Shown piece by piece: positions 40,170-48,357 of a DNA stretch of 64,000 nt. The notes beneath the pieces were generated by a model. The model saw only the letters and a program-made list of their open reading frames with translations. It searched no databases and was not told the origin of the DNA. The position numbers were made by a program, and so were the translations under genes. Every line of letters begins with the position of its first letter. Positions within the stretch are counted from its first letter, which is position 1. Source of the stretch: Chthonomonadales bacterium (GTDB lineage Bacteria > Armatimonadota > Chthonomonadetes > Chthonomonadales > CAJBBX01); contig JBBIPC010000002.1 of the NCBI GenBank assembly GCA_037443035.1, positions 64,001 through 128,000 of the forward strand, read 5' to 3'.

Positions 40170-40954
40170 AACGAATGTTGCTAGTTGTTGCTGCAGTCCT
40201 TGTCACCGCCACTGCATTCGCACAGCCAGGTGCCGGAGGGCGCCAGCGACAGGGCGGTATGCGCATACCTGGTATGCGCATGATGGATCGGCCGCTCACC
40301 CTCTCGCAGGTGCCGGCAGCGACGATGAAGGCCGTCTTCAAGCTCACCGCGGATCAGGAAAAGAAGGTGGAAGCCGTCCAGAGCAAGACGTGGGATCGCC
40401 TCCGCGGACTCATGCCGCGGATGCAACCAGGGCAGCGACCCGACCCGAAGGCCTTCGAAGCCCTGCGGCCCAAGTTCGAAGCTGCGTTCAAGAAGGCGGA
40501 TGGTGAGATTCTGGCCATCCTGACTCCTGCCCAGAGAAAGCAGGTTCCCGCCATGCTGAAGGAGATGCAGGCACTTCGTGGCAGCGGGTTGCCGATGTCG
40601 TTGGCAGGTTCGCTGAAGCTCACGTCGGCACAGATCGCCAAGCTCGAAGCCATCGGCAAGGAACGGAGTGCCGCTACGGCAAAGCTTTTCCAGGGCACTC
40701 AGGATCGTATGGCCGCCATGCAGAAAATGGGCGAGATCCGTGACAACGCGCGAAAGAAGGCTCTAGGCGTCCTCAACGCGCAGCAGAAGGCCGCTGTCGA
40801 GAAGTGGGAGAAGGAGCATCCGCGTAGGGGCTTCATGATGGGGGGTCCCGGCATGGGCCGACCAGGTGGCCCAGGCATGGGAGGTCCAGGGATGGGCAGA
40901 CCCGCTGGTCCGGGCAGACCGGGCACACCTGGGGCCGGCAATCGCCGTCGCTAA
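40166..40954 (+). CDS. Exported LTxxQ-motif (Spy/CpxP-like) protein with Gly/Pro/Met-rich tail
   Basis: Signal ending AFA-Q; LTADQ, LTPAQ, LTSAQ, LNAQQ. Confidence 0.7.
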   Translation: MKRMLLVVAAVLVTATAFAQPGAGGRQRQGGMRIPGMRMMDRPLTLSQVPAATMKAVFKLTADQEKKVEAVQSKTWDRLRGLMPRMQPGQRPDPKAFEALRPKFEAAFKKADGEILAILTPAQRKQVPAMLKEMQALRGSGLPMSLAGSLKLTSAQIAKLEAIGKERSAATAKLFQGTQDRMAAMQKMGEIRDNARKKALGVLNAQQKAAVEKWEKEHPRRGFMMGGPGMGRPGGPGMGGPGMGRPAGPGRPGTPGAGNRRR

Positions 40955-40987
40955 GCGAAGCTTCGAAACCGATCTAGCTCCACGAGC

Positions 40988-42742
40988 TTGCAGCCGACGA
41001 CTACACTCAGCAGCAGCGCCGCCCTAGTGTTGGCCGCTGTGGGTTTCGGGTGCGTGGTGGCCGCAGCGCAGGGAGCGCAAGCAGAACGTCGCGGTCTGCG
41101 TGTCTTGCGGTCGGAGGAGTTCGGTGCTGTGGGCGATGGCCGGGTAGATGACGGCCCGGCCATCGCCCGCATGCTTGCTGCGCTCACTCCTGGAGAGCGG
41201 ACGGTTATACGCTTCGAACCAGGACGCACCTACTATGTGCGTTCGGCACTGCGCCGCTACGTCTTTTCCCTCCACCAGCAAGCCAACCTGACGATCGAGG
41301 GGCAGGGATCTGAGTTCGATCTCGACCCTTGGCTCCGGTTCATGGACCTGCAGAAATGCCGCAAGGTTCGTATAAGAGGAATCCGCGTGGATTATCGGCC
41401 TCCGCCATTCGTGGAGGGTATCGTCTCCCATCGAGACCGAACTCGGCGGACCCTCACTGTCCGCCTGGACAGCGAAGAAGCGGCGAGACGGGCACTCGGC
41501 GGTCCCACCAGACAGGACGGCGAGCAGGCCTATTTCGGCATGCTCTGGTACCCTGGTCCCCATGCCACGGCGAGCAGGCATTGCTGGATCGCTAGTGTCG
41601 AACCCACCGGCGATCCCTACTACGTGATCGTCCATCCGACGGACGAGTTCACCGATTATGATGCCGTGGTTCCAGAAACGTGGCGCATGAGCCTGCCAGT
41701 GCCTGGCTCGGCCCATCGGTATGGACCGGGCCCATGCTTCCGCATCCGCGATTGCGCGAATGTCGCAGTGGACGACGTGGAACTCTGGTCAGCGCCATGG
41801 ATGGGTTTCGAGGTCTCTCGCAACAGCGGAGAGGTCACCTTCCGGCGCGTGCACGTACGCCCGAAGCCCGGCACGAACAGGCTCATGTCGACCTGGCGGG
41901 ACGGCTTCCACGTCAAGGGCAACCGGGGACGGCTGGTATGGGAGGATTGCTACCTCGCTGGCATGAACGACGACGCCTTCAACATCTCGACCCACTCCAG
42001 CTCGGTCCTGGAGGTCCTCGCGCCCAATCGGCTCCTGGTGCGGCAGAAGTTCCCGCTTCTCTACATCCCGTGGCACAAGGGCGACCGTGTCGTCGCTGCC
42101 GACGAAACAAGCAGACGCCTTCTCGGTTCAGCACGGGTTGCCGAAGCCGAGGAAGGCCCCTCGCCCGCGCCCATCGGTGGCGAGGAGACTGCTCCTCCCG
42201 TGACCCTGACCCTCGATAAGCCAATCTCAGGTCTCGCGCGCGCTGCGATGGTGTGGAACGCCGACGCGGCCAATCCCCGGACTGTTCTCCGGCGATGCCG
42301 CATCGAGCAGAGTTGCAGACTCCAGTCACCGGTAACCTTGGAGTATTGCCACGTGACCGGCCTACTGTGGTTCTACGCAGAGCGCGTCGAGGGCCCGTAC
42401 CCTGGCCCAGTGATCGTTCGAGACTGCACCCTCGAGCTAGGCCGTGGCAACCCTACCTACTGCTTGGTCTGCTCGGGCGGTTCCGATGGTGCCGGACAAG
42501 CACTGCCACCGAGAGCGTTGCACGACTTCCTTCTCTTGGGAAACACCGTGGCCGGAGGCGTGCTCATAGACGGAGTCGAGCGGCTCCGCGTCGAGCGAAA
42601 TCGCTTCTTGAATGCCAGGGATCCGTTGGTCGTTCGTGGCAACTCCGATGTGGTCTGGCAGGCCAACCGAGGTCCTGACGGAGAGTCCCTGTCCGTGCCA
42701 CCAGGAAACAGCGCTCGCCGGCCGCCGCGACCCAAGCGTTAA
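40988..42742 (+). CDS. Right-handed beta-helix protein, GH110-like
   Basis: FGAVGDGRVDD, DGFH, MNDDAFNI; hydrophobic N-terminus; start uncertain. Confidence 0.65.
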   Translation: MQPTTTLSSSAALVLAAVGFGCVVAAAQGAQAERRGLRVLRSEEFGAVGDGRVDDGPAIARMLAALTPGERTVIRFEPGRTYYVRSALRRYVFSLHQQANLTIEGQGSEFDLDPWLRFMDLQKCRKVRIRGIRVDYRPPPFVEGIVSHRDRTRRTLTVRLDSEEAARRALGGPTRQDGEQAYFGMLWYPGPHATASRHCWIASVEPTGDPYYVIVHPTDEFTDYDAVVPETWRMSLPVPGSAHRYGPGPCFRIRDCANVAVDDVELWSAPWMGFEVSRNSGEVTFRRVHVRPKPGTNRLMSTWRDGFHVKGNRGRLVWEDCYLAGMNDDAFNISTHSSSVLEVLAPNRLLVRQKFPLLYIPWHKGDRVVAADETSRRLLGSARVAEAEEGPSPAPIGGEETAPPVTLTLDKPISGLARAAMVWNADAANPRTVLRRCRIEQSCRLQSPVTLEYCHVTGLLWFYAERVEGPYPGPVIVRDCTLELGRGNPTYCLVCSGGSDGAGQALPPRALHDFLLLGNTVAGGVLIDGVERLRVERNRFLNARDPLVVRGNSDVVWQANRGPDGESLSVPPGNSARRPPRPKR

Positions 42743-42761
42743 GACGTCGTAACAGGAGCCG

Positions 42762-44009
42762 CTATTCCGGCCTATGCCAGGCCAGAAGCTGGTCCCGGAG
42801 CATAGTGAGCGCCGTCTGCGTAGCGCGTGTGCGAATGTCTCGTCGCACACCGACGTACTGGCTGCGGACGACGTCCACGCCATCGAAGTGCGCCAGTGCA
42901 AGCCACACCAGTCCGACCGGCTTGTCCGGGGTTCCCCCGCTCGGACCAGCAATACCTGTGATACCTATGCCGAAACTCGCACCGAAGCGGTCCCGAACAC
43001 CTGAAGCCATGGCCGAGGCGACCTCGCCACTGACCGCTCCATGTGCGGCGATCAGCCCCTCCTCGACCCCAAGCAGAGCAACCTTCGCCTGATTGCTGTA
43101 CGCCACCACCCCGCCGAGAAAGACTTCGGAGCTGCCCGGTATGTCGGTGATTCTTCCCGCCAGCATGCCTCCTGTGCACGATTCCGCTGTGGCCACAGTA
43201 AGCTGTGCTTCGCGAAGCAGGCGTACGACGCTCGCCTCCAGGGGCTCGTCATCGAAAGCGTAGACGTGCGAACCCAGACGCCTTGCGATCTCGGCGACAA
43301 CGGGTCCTATGAGAGCATCGGCTTCCTCGGAACTGGCAGCCCTTGCCGTAACACGCAGGTGCACCTCACCTGTCTTGGCATACGGCGCTAGAGTCGGGTT
43401 GTCGGAAGCCATGAGATCCTTCACCCGGTCCTCGACCATGGCCTCGCCCATTCCGCATATACGGACGACCCTCGAGCGGATCGTCCAACCGCCGGTCTTC
43501 TCTCTGAGGATCGGTAGCACTTCGTTTTCCAGGATCGGGATGAACTCGCCGGGCGGACCAGGCAGCGCGAACACCATCTTCGGCGGGATGTCGAACAAGA
43601 GTCCTGGAGCAGTACCGTTAGGATTCGGCAGGGCCTTACCTGACGCGGGTACGTACGCCTGCCGCAACTGGCTTTCTAGCACAACCTGTCCGCGCGATTG
43701 GAAAAAGGACCGGAGATGGTCGGCGATGCCTCCGTCGAACACAAGAGGGACGCCGGTCGCCTCGGCCAGCACGTCCCGCGTAATGTCATCCATGGTAGGT
43801 CCCAACCCGCCGATAGTGAACACCACGTCGGCGGAGCTGAGAGCCTGTTGGAGTGCAGCGAGAAGCCGTTCCCGATTGTCTCCCACCGTCGAGCGACGGT
43901 AGACGCTGATACCCACCTCGGAGAGTACCCGGCTCAGGTAGGCCGCGTTCGTGTCTACGATCTGCCCCAACAGCAATTCGGTGCCTACCGAGACAATCTC
44001 CGCTACCAT
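42762..44009 (-). CDS. cinA: Competence/damage-inducible protein CinA (MoCF-like plus PncC domains)
   Basis: VGTELLLGQIVDTN, GGLGPTMDD, AESCTGG, HGAVS, TGIAGP. Confidence 0.95.
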   Translation of the reverse strand: MVAEIVSVGTELLLGQIVDTNAAYLSRVLSEVGISVYRRSTVGDNRERLLAALQQALSSADVVFTIGGLGPTMDDITRDVLAEATGVPLVFDGGIADHLRSFFQSRGQVVLESQLRQAYVPASGKALPNPNGTAPGLLFDIPPKMVFALPGPPGEFIPILENEVLPILREKTGGWTIRSRVVRICGMGEAMVEDRVKDLMASDNPTLAPYAKTGEVHLRVTARAASSEEADALIGPVVAEIARRLGSHVYAFDDEPLEASVVRLLREAQLTVATAESCTGGMLAGRITDIPGSSEVFLGGVVAYSNQAKVALLGVEEGLIAAHGAVSGEVASAMASGVRDRFGASFGIGITGIAGPSGGTPDKPVGLVWLALAHFDGVDVVRSQYVGVRRDIRTRATQTALTMLRDQLLAWHRPE

Positions 44010-44053
44010 GGTGCTCCCAATCCAAGGCCTGCCACAGACATCTGCTTCACAGC

Positions 44054-44083
44054 TTGCATTATACACAGCACGCGGGCTATGAT
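44054..44083. promoter_or_regulatory. Overlapping divergent promoter elements for cinA and the YHS gene
   Basis: Plus: TTGCAT-18-TATGAT; minus: TATAAT at 44063-44058. Confidence 0.5.
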
Positions 44084-44145
44084 AGCAGACCGGACAAGCG
44101 CTCAGGGTACTCAGCTTGTCCGCATACCAACGAGGAGGCCCATCC

Positions 44146-44565
44146 ATGCGGAAGTACGTTCCTGCGGCGGCATTCCTGGCGCTGCTTGCAGTCGTCGTGC
44201 TGGCCGGACCGAAGGACACGAGCAAGTCGAAGAGCGCCACAGACGGCAAGTGTCCCTTCAGCACCGCTAAGTGTAGTGATTGTCCGGATACCCCCACGGA
44301 CTGCCCGTCCAAAGGCAAGCAGGCTACCAAGCCCACCGCCGCGAAGCCCGGCACCGTCGTCGTTCGATGTGAGAATGGGACCACACGCGTTATTGACGTG
44401 GCCAAGTACACCAAGGCTGGCAAGTACGCGGACTACAACGGTAAGCGCTACTACTTCGGGTGCCCCCAATGCGCCAAGGAGTTCAAGAAGGATCCCGCGG
44501 CGTATGCCAAGAGCCACCAGGGTTTCGCCATCCCCGTGGCGAACAAGAGGAAGGCTTCCAGTTAG
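44146..44565 (+). CDS. Exported Cys-rich YHS/TRASH-like protein
   Basis: Signal-like N-terminus; YNGKRYYFGCPQCAKEFKKDPAAY; GAGGAGG RBS. Confidence 0.8.
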   Translation: MRKYVPAAAFLALLAVVVLAGPKDTSKSKSATDGKCPFSTAKCSDCPDTPTDCPSKGKQATKPTAAKPGTVVVRCENGTTRVIDVAKYTKAGKYADYNGKRYYFGCPQCAKEFKKDPAAYAKSHQGFAIPVANKRKASS

Positions 44566-44590
44566 CTCTGGCCGCGAACACGATCTATGG

Positions 44591-44619
44591 CGGGGCCAGG
44601 CGAGACTACCCTGGCCCCG
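44591..44619 (+). terminator. Hairpin after the YHS gene
   Basis: CGGGGCCAGG / CCTGGCCCCG perfect 10-bp stem. Confidence 0.55.
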
Positions 44620-44641
44620 TTCCACAAGAGAGGTATCCCGG

Positions 44642-46555
44642 ATGATGTGGACCCTGCTTCTTGCTGCAGCGAGCCTTGTTGGTACCGATGTTGGCGCAAG
44701 TCGTGCCAGTGTTGTCATGCCGGATGATGCGCCAGTACGTGACCTCAACACGCATCATTGCCTCGTTCCGCCGCAGAGTCGCGCAGAATGGGAAGCCCGC
44801 GCCCGCTCTCTACGGACCCAGATTCTCGTGAGTGCCGGTCTGTGGCCAATGCCTGCGCGGACTCCACTGAAGCCGGTGGTCACCGGTCGAATCGAGCGCG
44901 AGGATTTCGTCGTCGAGAACGTAGCCATCGAGACGATGCCAGGTTTCCGGCTGTGCGGCAACTTGTACCGTCCGAAGGGCGGAAAGGGGCCGTTCCCAGC
45001 CATTGCCAATCCGCATGGTCATTGGAGCCATGGTCGCCTCGAGATGCAGCCCGACGTCGAGAGGGCTGCACCGCTGCCCGCTAAGCCAGGTGACGGGAGA
45101 GCGAACTTAACCGCTATCGGGGTCAACCTGGCCCGACAGGGCTTCGTCGTCTTCGCCTATGACATGGTCGGCTACAACGACACGAACCAGGTGAACCACC
45201 AGTTCGCGGGAAGCCTCGAACGCTGGTTCCACGGCATCAGCCTCATGGGCCTTCAGCTATGGAATAGCATTCGCGCCGTGGACTACCTCTGTTCGCTACC
45301 GGATGTGGATCGCAATCGCGTGGGGGTGACAGGTGCTTCAGGAGGAGGTACACAGACGTTCCTGCTCACGGCCGTGGACGACCGCATCAAGGCGTCCGTT
45401 CCCGTCAACATGGTCTCCGCCTACATGCAAGGCGGATGTCTTTGCGAGAATGGACCAGGGCTCCGGCTCGGTACGGATAACGTCGAGATCGCGGCCCTGG
45501 CTGCTCCGCGTCCGCTCCTCCTCATCTGCGCGACCGGCGACTGGACGAGTCATGTGCCGAAGGAGGAGTGGCCCGCGATCAAAGCCATCTACGATCTCTA
45601 TGGAGCGGGGGACCGTACCGCCTGCGTGCAGTTCAACTACGGTCACAATTACAACGTCGAGAGTCGCGAGGCCATGTACGCCTTCTTCGCTAGGTGGCTT
45701 CGCAATGACCCCACGCGGGCTCACCGGGAGTATCCCTTCGATCTGGACGCCTCGGCCATGCGCGTCTGGAACGAGACGACAGCAGCTCCTAAGGATCGGC
45801 TCGGTGAAACGGACCTGGCCGATGCCATCCTTCGCCGTTCACGGGACGCTCTACGTGGGATCTGGCCCAAGCGACCCACCGACCGCCGACGGTTCCGTCA
45901 GCAGATGCAGCCTGCGATTGCTGCGGCGCTGGGGATGGCCAGTGCGTCCGTACGAGTACCGCGAGCACGTGATGCGAACACCCGAGCCGTCCTGCTGGTG
46001 ACGGTCGAGGGGGAAACACCGGCACTGGCGGGTCAACTCAGGGAGGCCATCGGTGCGCGGTACCGTAGAGTCGTGCCTGTGCAGGTTCCGCCGATGCGTA
46101 TCACCGTAGACGAATGGTGGAAGGACTTTCGGTCTTGCTACAACCCCACACCGCTGGCGCTGGCCGCTCAACAGATCGTGCAGCGGATCTTGGAGCTAGC
46201 CGCCGAACACCATCAGGTCGACGTCATTGGGCTGGGTAGCGCAGGGCCGGCTGTACTCTATGCGCGCGCCGTTGCAGACATGCGTGGGATCGTGTTGGCG
46301 GACGTCTCGCAGGTTCAGGGCGGAGCTGCCAATCGTCTCGAGTGCGCCTACGCGCCGTGTCTCGAAGCCCTTGGCGGTATGGGCACAGCGATTGCGCTCA
46401 TTTCGCCCTCACCTGTCTTCCTGACTGGCGCGTCTCCGGACCTTGCCGGGATCTTGCCAGACGCCAGCTTCTCGACGGACGCGCTGACCGTGACCCTCGT
46501 CGGTTCCCGCCTCGACGAAGTTGTCCACGCCCTTACCACCGCCAGGGTCCGCTAG
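44642..46555 (+). CDS. Secreted alpha/beta hydrolase (acetylxylan esterase-like)
   Basis: NPHGHW, YDMVG, GASGGG nucleophile, GGCLCEN, APRP, GHNY. Confidence 0.8.
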   Translation: MMWTLLLAAASLVGTDVGASRASVVMPDDAPVRDLNTHHCLVPPQSRAEWEARARSLRTQILVSAGLWPMPARTPLKPVVTGRIEREDFVVENVAIETMPGFRLCGNLYRPKGGKGPFPAIANPHGHWSHGRLEMQPDVERAAPLPAKPGDGRANLTAIGVNLARQGFVVFAYDMVGYNDTNQVNHQFAGSLERWFHGISLMGLQLWNSIRAVDYLCSLPDVDRNRVGVTGASGGGTQTFLLTAVDDRIKASVPVNMVSAYMQGGCLCENGPGLRLGTDNVEIAALAAPRPLLLICATGDWTSHVPKEEWPAIKAIYDLYGAGDRTACVQFNYGHNYNVESREAMYAFFARWLRNDPTRAHREYPFDLDASAMRVWNETTAAPKDRLGETDLADAILRRSRDALRGIWPKRPTDRRRFRQQMQPAIAAALGMASASVRVPRARDANTRAVLLVTVEGETPALAGQLREAIGARYRRVVPVQVPPMRITVDEWWKDFRSCYNPTPLALAAQQIVQRILELAAEHHQVDVIGLGSAGPAVLYARAVADMRGIVLADVSQVQGGAANRLECAYAPCLEALGGMGTAIALISPSPVFLTGASPDLAGILPDASFSTDALTVTLVGSRLDEVVHALTTARVR

Positions 46556-46611
46556 CCCGCCCAAGTCGTTCGATACTGTTGCCTGGCACGTGTAACAAGA
46601 AGACCGAAACC

Positions 46612-48255
46612 ATGCTGTGGGCTATCCTTCGTATCCGATGGCGATCCATCTCGAACGCGTTCACCCGCTCTCCGCGAGCGGAACGCCAGCGTGCCTGGAC
46701 GGCCCTAGTCTCCTTCGCGGCAGGCGCATGTGTCATCGGCTGGCTCTCGCACGCGCTCTTTGTCCTACTCATTGGCCAGGAACGGTCCGGTTGGAGCGTC
46801 GTCCTGGCGAATCGGCTGCCGTCCCTGCTATTCTTCTGGGGCTTCTGGATGCTGACCATATCCGGCGTTACCGTCGCCATGGACCATCTCTATGCGCATC
46901 GGGAAATGGCCCTCCTCCTCACGGCGCCGGTGCCACCGCGAGGGGTGTTTGTGGCGAAATTCGTGGACATGGCGTTGAACAACGCGGAAGCATTCGGTGT
47001 GTTCGGGCTACCGATGGCCGTGTCTTACGCGATGGCCCGTGGCTATCTGACACCGGAGTACGCCTTGCGCTGCGTGGTGACATTGGCAGTGTTCTCTGCA
47101 GTGCCTACTGCCCTGGGAGTGCTCGGTGCCATCGCCATCATGCGCCTGCTTCCGACCGGTCGGCTGCGGGAGGTTTTCGGAGCCCTGTGGCTGGTTCTGC
47201 TCTCGCTCGCGTATATCGGGCTGAACGTCGGAGCACGCCGATTGGCAGATCCATCCAGCGCGACAGCTACATTGGAAGCGTTTCTTGCCGCGACCGGCCG
47301 TCCTGTGCTCGCCTACGGTCCCTGGGCCTGGGCTGGGTTCATTGTGTCCACGCCGACTGGCTATCCAGAAGCGTATACAGCGCTCTCGCTCCTTCTGGGC
47401 GCGGCGACTGCGAGCCTTCTCGTCGGAGGCGCGGTCAGTGAGCGCCTTCACTGGCGTGGCTGGGTCGGCAGTCAAGAAGCGCCTTCTGTTCCACGCGGAG
47501 TTCGCCGCGGCTCTCTTGGATCCGAGTTCTGGCTTCGTTGGCTGCCAGGACCGGTGCGAGCTTTCGCACTCAAGGACCTGCGCAGCATGCTACGGGACAT
47601 GCGGCAGATGTCCATGTTGCTCCTGCCGGCAGCCTGTATCGTCGTGTTGCTCTTCAACCTCTCGTTCGCTCCTGAGACACAATCAGGTCCTCGAGTGCTT
47701 GTCGCACTCTCGCTGCTACCACTCATCGGGGTCATCGCGTTGCGAATCGCCATGTCCAGCTATCTCGGCGAGGGAACGACCATCTGGGTGGCGCTTGCCA
47801 GTCCAGCCAGCCCCCTTGCCATTCTGTCGGGCAAGCTCTGGTATACGGCCTCCCTAGGGCTTCCCATGGCTCTCGTGGCCGCGGCTGCCTATGGAGCGTT
47901 GTACGGGGTGCACGGATCGGACCTTCTCGTGGTTCTCCTGCTGACATTGGCCGCGACGGTAACTCTGAGCGGCATATGCGTGGGTCTCGGGGCCAGGACG
48001 TTGGAGCTGTCTGCAGAGATCGGACGAGTGGTCGTGACGGGCAAGTCCCGGCTGCTCATCCTTGGTGCGCAGGCACTGTACACATCGGTAATTGTCGTCC
48101 TCATGACCGGCGCATGGCTGGCTACGGAGGCGCTCGGCGTTCCGCCGGTACTCGCGCAGACGGCGGCTCTCGTGGCAACCCTGGCAGCGTCGGTCGTGTC
48201 GGTTGGTCTGGCGATGCTCTGGGGCGCCCGCCGTCTGGAAACCCTAGAAGCCTGA
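46612..48255 (+). CDS. Putative ABC transporter permease (multi-TM)
   Basis: LLLTAPV...AKF and KDLRSMLRD motifs, internal duplication. Confidence 0.7.
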   Translation: MLWAILRIRWRSISNAFTRSPRAERQRAWTALVSFAAGACVIGWLSHALFVLLIGQERSGWSVVLANRLPSLLFFWGFWMLTISGVTVAMDHLYAHREMALLLTAPVPPRGVFVAKFVDMALNNAEAFGVFGLPMAVSYAMARGYLTPEYALRCVVTLAVFSAVPTALGVLGAIAIMRLLPTGRLREVFGALWLVLLSLAYIGLNVGARRLADPSSATATLEAFLAATGRPVLAYGPWAWAGFIVSTPTGYPEAYTALSLLLGAATASLLVGGAVSERLHWRGWVGSQEAPSVPRGVRRGSLGSEFWLRWLPGPVRAFALKDLRSMLRDMRQMSMLLLPAACIVVLLFNLSFAPETQSGPRVLVALSLLPLIGVIALRIAMSSYLGEGTTIWVALASPASPLAILSGKLWYTASLGLPMALVAAAAYGALYGVHGSDLLVVLLLTLAATVTLSGICVGLGARTLELSAEIGRVVVTGKSRLLILGAQALYTSVIVVLMTGAWLATEALGVPPVLAQTAALVATLAASVVSVGLAMLWGARRLETLEA

Positions 48256-48357
48256 GTTAGAGGATTTCGCTCTGGCGAGGCCGCTCTCGTGCCCGGGCCC
48301 CTTGCCCAGCCAGCCATGGTAGGATTCACTCTCATGCACGTCGTAGAGAGGCGCACC

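Noticed and set aside
44054..44641. N-terminal extension of the 833-aa ORF, and the 553-aa CinA extension
   Set aside because: Both overlap the YHS gene and promoters; better starts are 44642 and 44009
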